54,357 nt of DNA from positions 1 to 54,357 of the forward strand of contig JAGQPO010000148.1 in the NCBI GenBank assembly GCA_020426665.1. The letters are read 5' to 3'. This DNA comes from Planctomycetales bacterium (GTDB lineage Bacteria; Planctomycetota; Planctomycetia; Pirellulales; Pirellulaceae). Shown one piece after another: positions 36,701 through 39,700 of the stretch. The position numbers were made by a program, and so were the translations under genes. A model generated the notes under the pieces. It had not been told where the DNA came from. It saw nothing but the letters and a program-made list of their open reading frames with translations, and searched no databases. How positions within the stretch are numbered: the stretch's first letter is position 1; the number at the start of each line of letters is the position of its first letter.

Positions 36701-39700
36701 GCTGGGGACACCGTTCGTGCGACAGGCTCAAACCAATGTCACCGTTGCCAACGCGGCGCCGGTGATCGTGATGGACGACGTTCAAGGCATGGAAAGTGCG
36801 CCGATTCAATTGACCGCCAGAGTGTCGGATGCGGGCGTTAACGATACTTTGACGTACAGCATCGATTGGGGAGACGGCACCGTTGGAGTCACCGACCAGC
36901 GTGTCAATTGGGTGACCCAGTATGGTGCCGAGGTACGTCTGGACGATCCCTTGGTCCAGTTCCAATTCAATGAAAGTTCCGGCGCGGCCAGCGCATCGAA
37001 TATCGGTTCGTTAGGCAACGCATTTGACACGGCTTTGCCATCGGGTGTTGATGTCGGAGCAGACGGTGTTGTTGGAAATGGCATTCTGATCGGTACGAGT
37101 GGTCAAGGGATTGCGCTCGGAAGCCAGTTCGCAGACGGTCAAATCGGTGCCGGCGGTTCATACGCGATCGAACTGTGGTTCAACGCGAACTCAACAGCTG
37201 AAGGGATGGACTTGCTGTCGGCCGCGGATCCCAACGGGACCAGTTTGCTGTTGGAAACAGCCAGCGGCGGAAAGATTCGTTATCTTCACCGCGTTCCAGG
37301 CGGCAGCAGCGGGGGGCAAGACCTGATTTCCTCGCTGACCTATACCGCCAACACGTGGCACCATTTGGTCGCGGTCAACGATAACGGCACGATGCGATTG
37401 TTCTTGGATGGGGTCGAAGACCCGAACACGATTGTCGCGACCGGTCAATTGACGGGCGCCTTGGATTTTACGTTGGGAGCCCTTAGCGCGGGCGGCTCTG
37501 CAGGGCTCTTTGCCGGAGCACTAGATGAAGTCGCCTTGTACGACAAGCCGCTTTCGGCGACTGACGTTTCGCGTCACTATGCGGCAGCCACCGCCGATGG
37601 TGCGGACGTGATTCAACCGTCGGTCGTCGTCGACCACACCTACACACAACAGGGCAACTATGTCGCAACACTGACTGTGACCGACAGTGACGGCGCGGTG
37701 ACCGTCAGCACGGCAAACATCGAAATTCAAAACGTCGCCCCAGTTGCCGGTGACGATGGAATCGATCAATCACAGGGCACAACCTATACGATCCCAATTG
37801 TCTTTCCGTCACTGACGGAAAAGGAACTGACGGCGGACCTGTTGTTGGGCAACGACAGTGATCAGGGCGCGGCCGACGTTCTTTCGATCGCTCGTGTCGA
37901 TGCGTTTTCACAGCGCGGTGTTGCACTTTCGCTCGTCAATGGAAACATCATCTACGACGGACGGGGCAACGACAATATCAAGGCGTTGCCACTCAATTCC
38001 GGGGCAACGGATACGTTTAACTATGTGGTCACCGATGAATTTGGTGCCGAGGATACCGCCACCGTAACCGTCTTCTTGGTCACGGCCGCCGATGCTCCCA
38101 TCGTGCTGGATGACTTTATCGTCGCCAATGAAAACGAATTCGCACCGATCGTCGGCAACGTGACCGACAACGATCGCGTGATCGACTTGGGAACGATATT
38201 GGAAGTCTCCAGTGTCTCCGTCGCGGGCGTGCCGGGTTCCGCGCTGACAGACGATGCGGTTGATATTGAAGGAGTCTATGGAACGCTTGATTGGAGCACC
38301 GACGGGACCTATCGGTACAATCTTGACGACACTCGCGATTTGGTAAACCGTTTGGCAGCTGGTCAAAACGTGTCGGAGGTATTCGAATTCACGATCTCCA
38401 ACGCCCCCAGCGGCGACTCCTTGTCCAGACTTACGATTTCGATCAACGGAGCGAACGACTTTCCGATTGCCCTGGTCGACAACGCTTCAATCGCCGAGAA
38501 CAGTGTGCTGAACGTTGCCGCCCCCGGAATCCTTGGCAATGACAGCGATGTCGACGCAGGGGATTCGATTGCCGTGGTTGGTTTGAAGGTTGCTGGAAAC
38601 GCAATGCCGTTGGGCCAGTCTGTCAGGGTCCCCTCCGGCGGATTACTGAGAGTCGATGCTGACGGCACGTATCAGTTTGATCCCGATGGACGGTACGATC
38701 ACCTTGCCGCCGGTCAAACGCTGGATGTCGTCTTTGAATATTCGATTGCCGATTCGTCGGGTGCCGGCGATGAGGGCAGCACGACCAAAGTAACGATTTC
38801 GGTCATGGGACAAAACGATGCACCGACAGATATCTTGCTGGAGAATTTGGAGATCGCTGATACGGCCCATTGGCACGACGTCGTCGGCGGGCTGATCAGC
38901 ATTGACGCCGACAACTTTGATTTGGGTGGTGATCTTGACAACGAAGATCCCAATACGATTGCCATCGATCCCACGATGGACGGAGACGATCGATTTGCGG
39001 TCGTTAACGGCAATTTGGTTGTGACGCGGAACTTCAGCTTCGCAGACCGAGGCATTCACACGATCAAATTGTTCGGCAGCGATGGCGACGAAACGATCGA
39101 GCGACTTTTCAATATCACGGTCGTCGGTGGCCCCTCCATTTCGGAACTGACCATCGATCTGGCGTCGATGTCCAGTACGGATCTGACCGTTCGACGCGAT
39201 GGCGACGACATCCAAATCGTCGATAACACAAACTTGGCGGTCCTGTTGGACCAGCCGTTGGCGGATACGAATTCAATCGTTGTCACCGGAGCCGACAATG
39301 TCGATGAACACGTGACAATTGATCTAAACATCGGCGGATTTTTTGAACTTCCCGGAGGCGTCGTCTTCAACGCCGGTGTCGGCGGCAATGATCGCCTGAC
39401 GATCAACGGCCATGCCGGATCGACGACCAGTGGAACCTATCGATCGACCGGAACCAACATGGGAGACGGGGAGTTCGTTGCCGAAGATGGAGGGCTGCTA
39501 AGTACAATCCGCTTCACAGGTGTGGAGCCTTTGGATCTTCTCGGCATGTCACAAATCGATTTTATCGCAGGACAAGAGAACCAACCCAGCACACTTCACC
39601 TTGGCGCCCACGCGTTAACTCTCGAAAGTGATACGCCGATTCAGCTCCCCGCGCTGACCACACTCAGTGGCGGAACGCTTTCGGCCAACACAACATTAAA

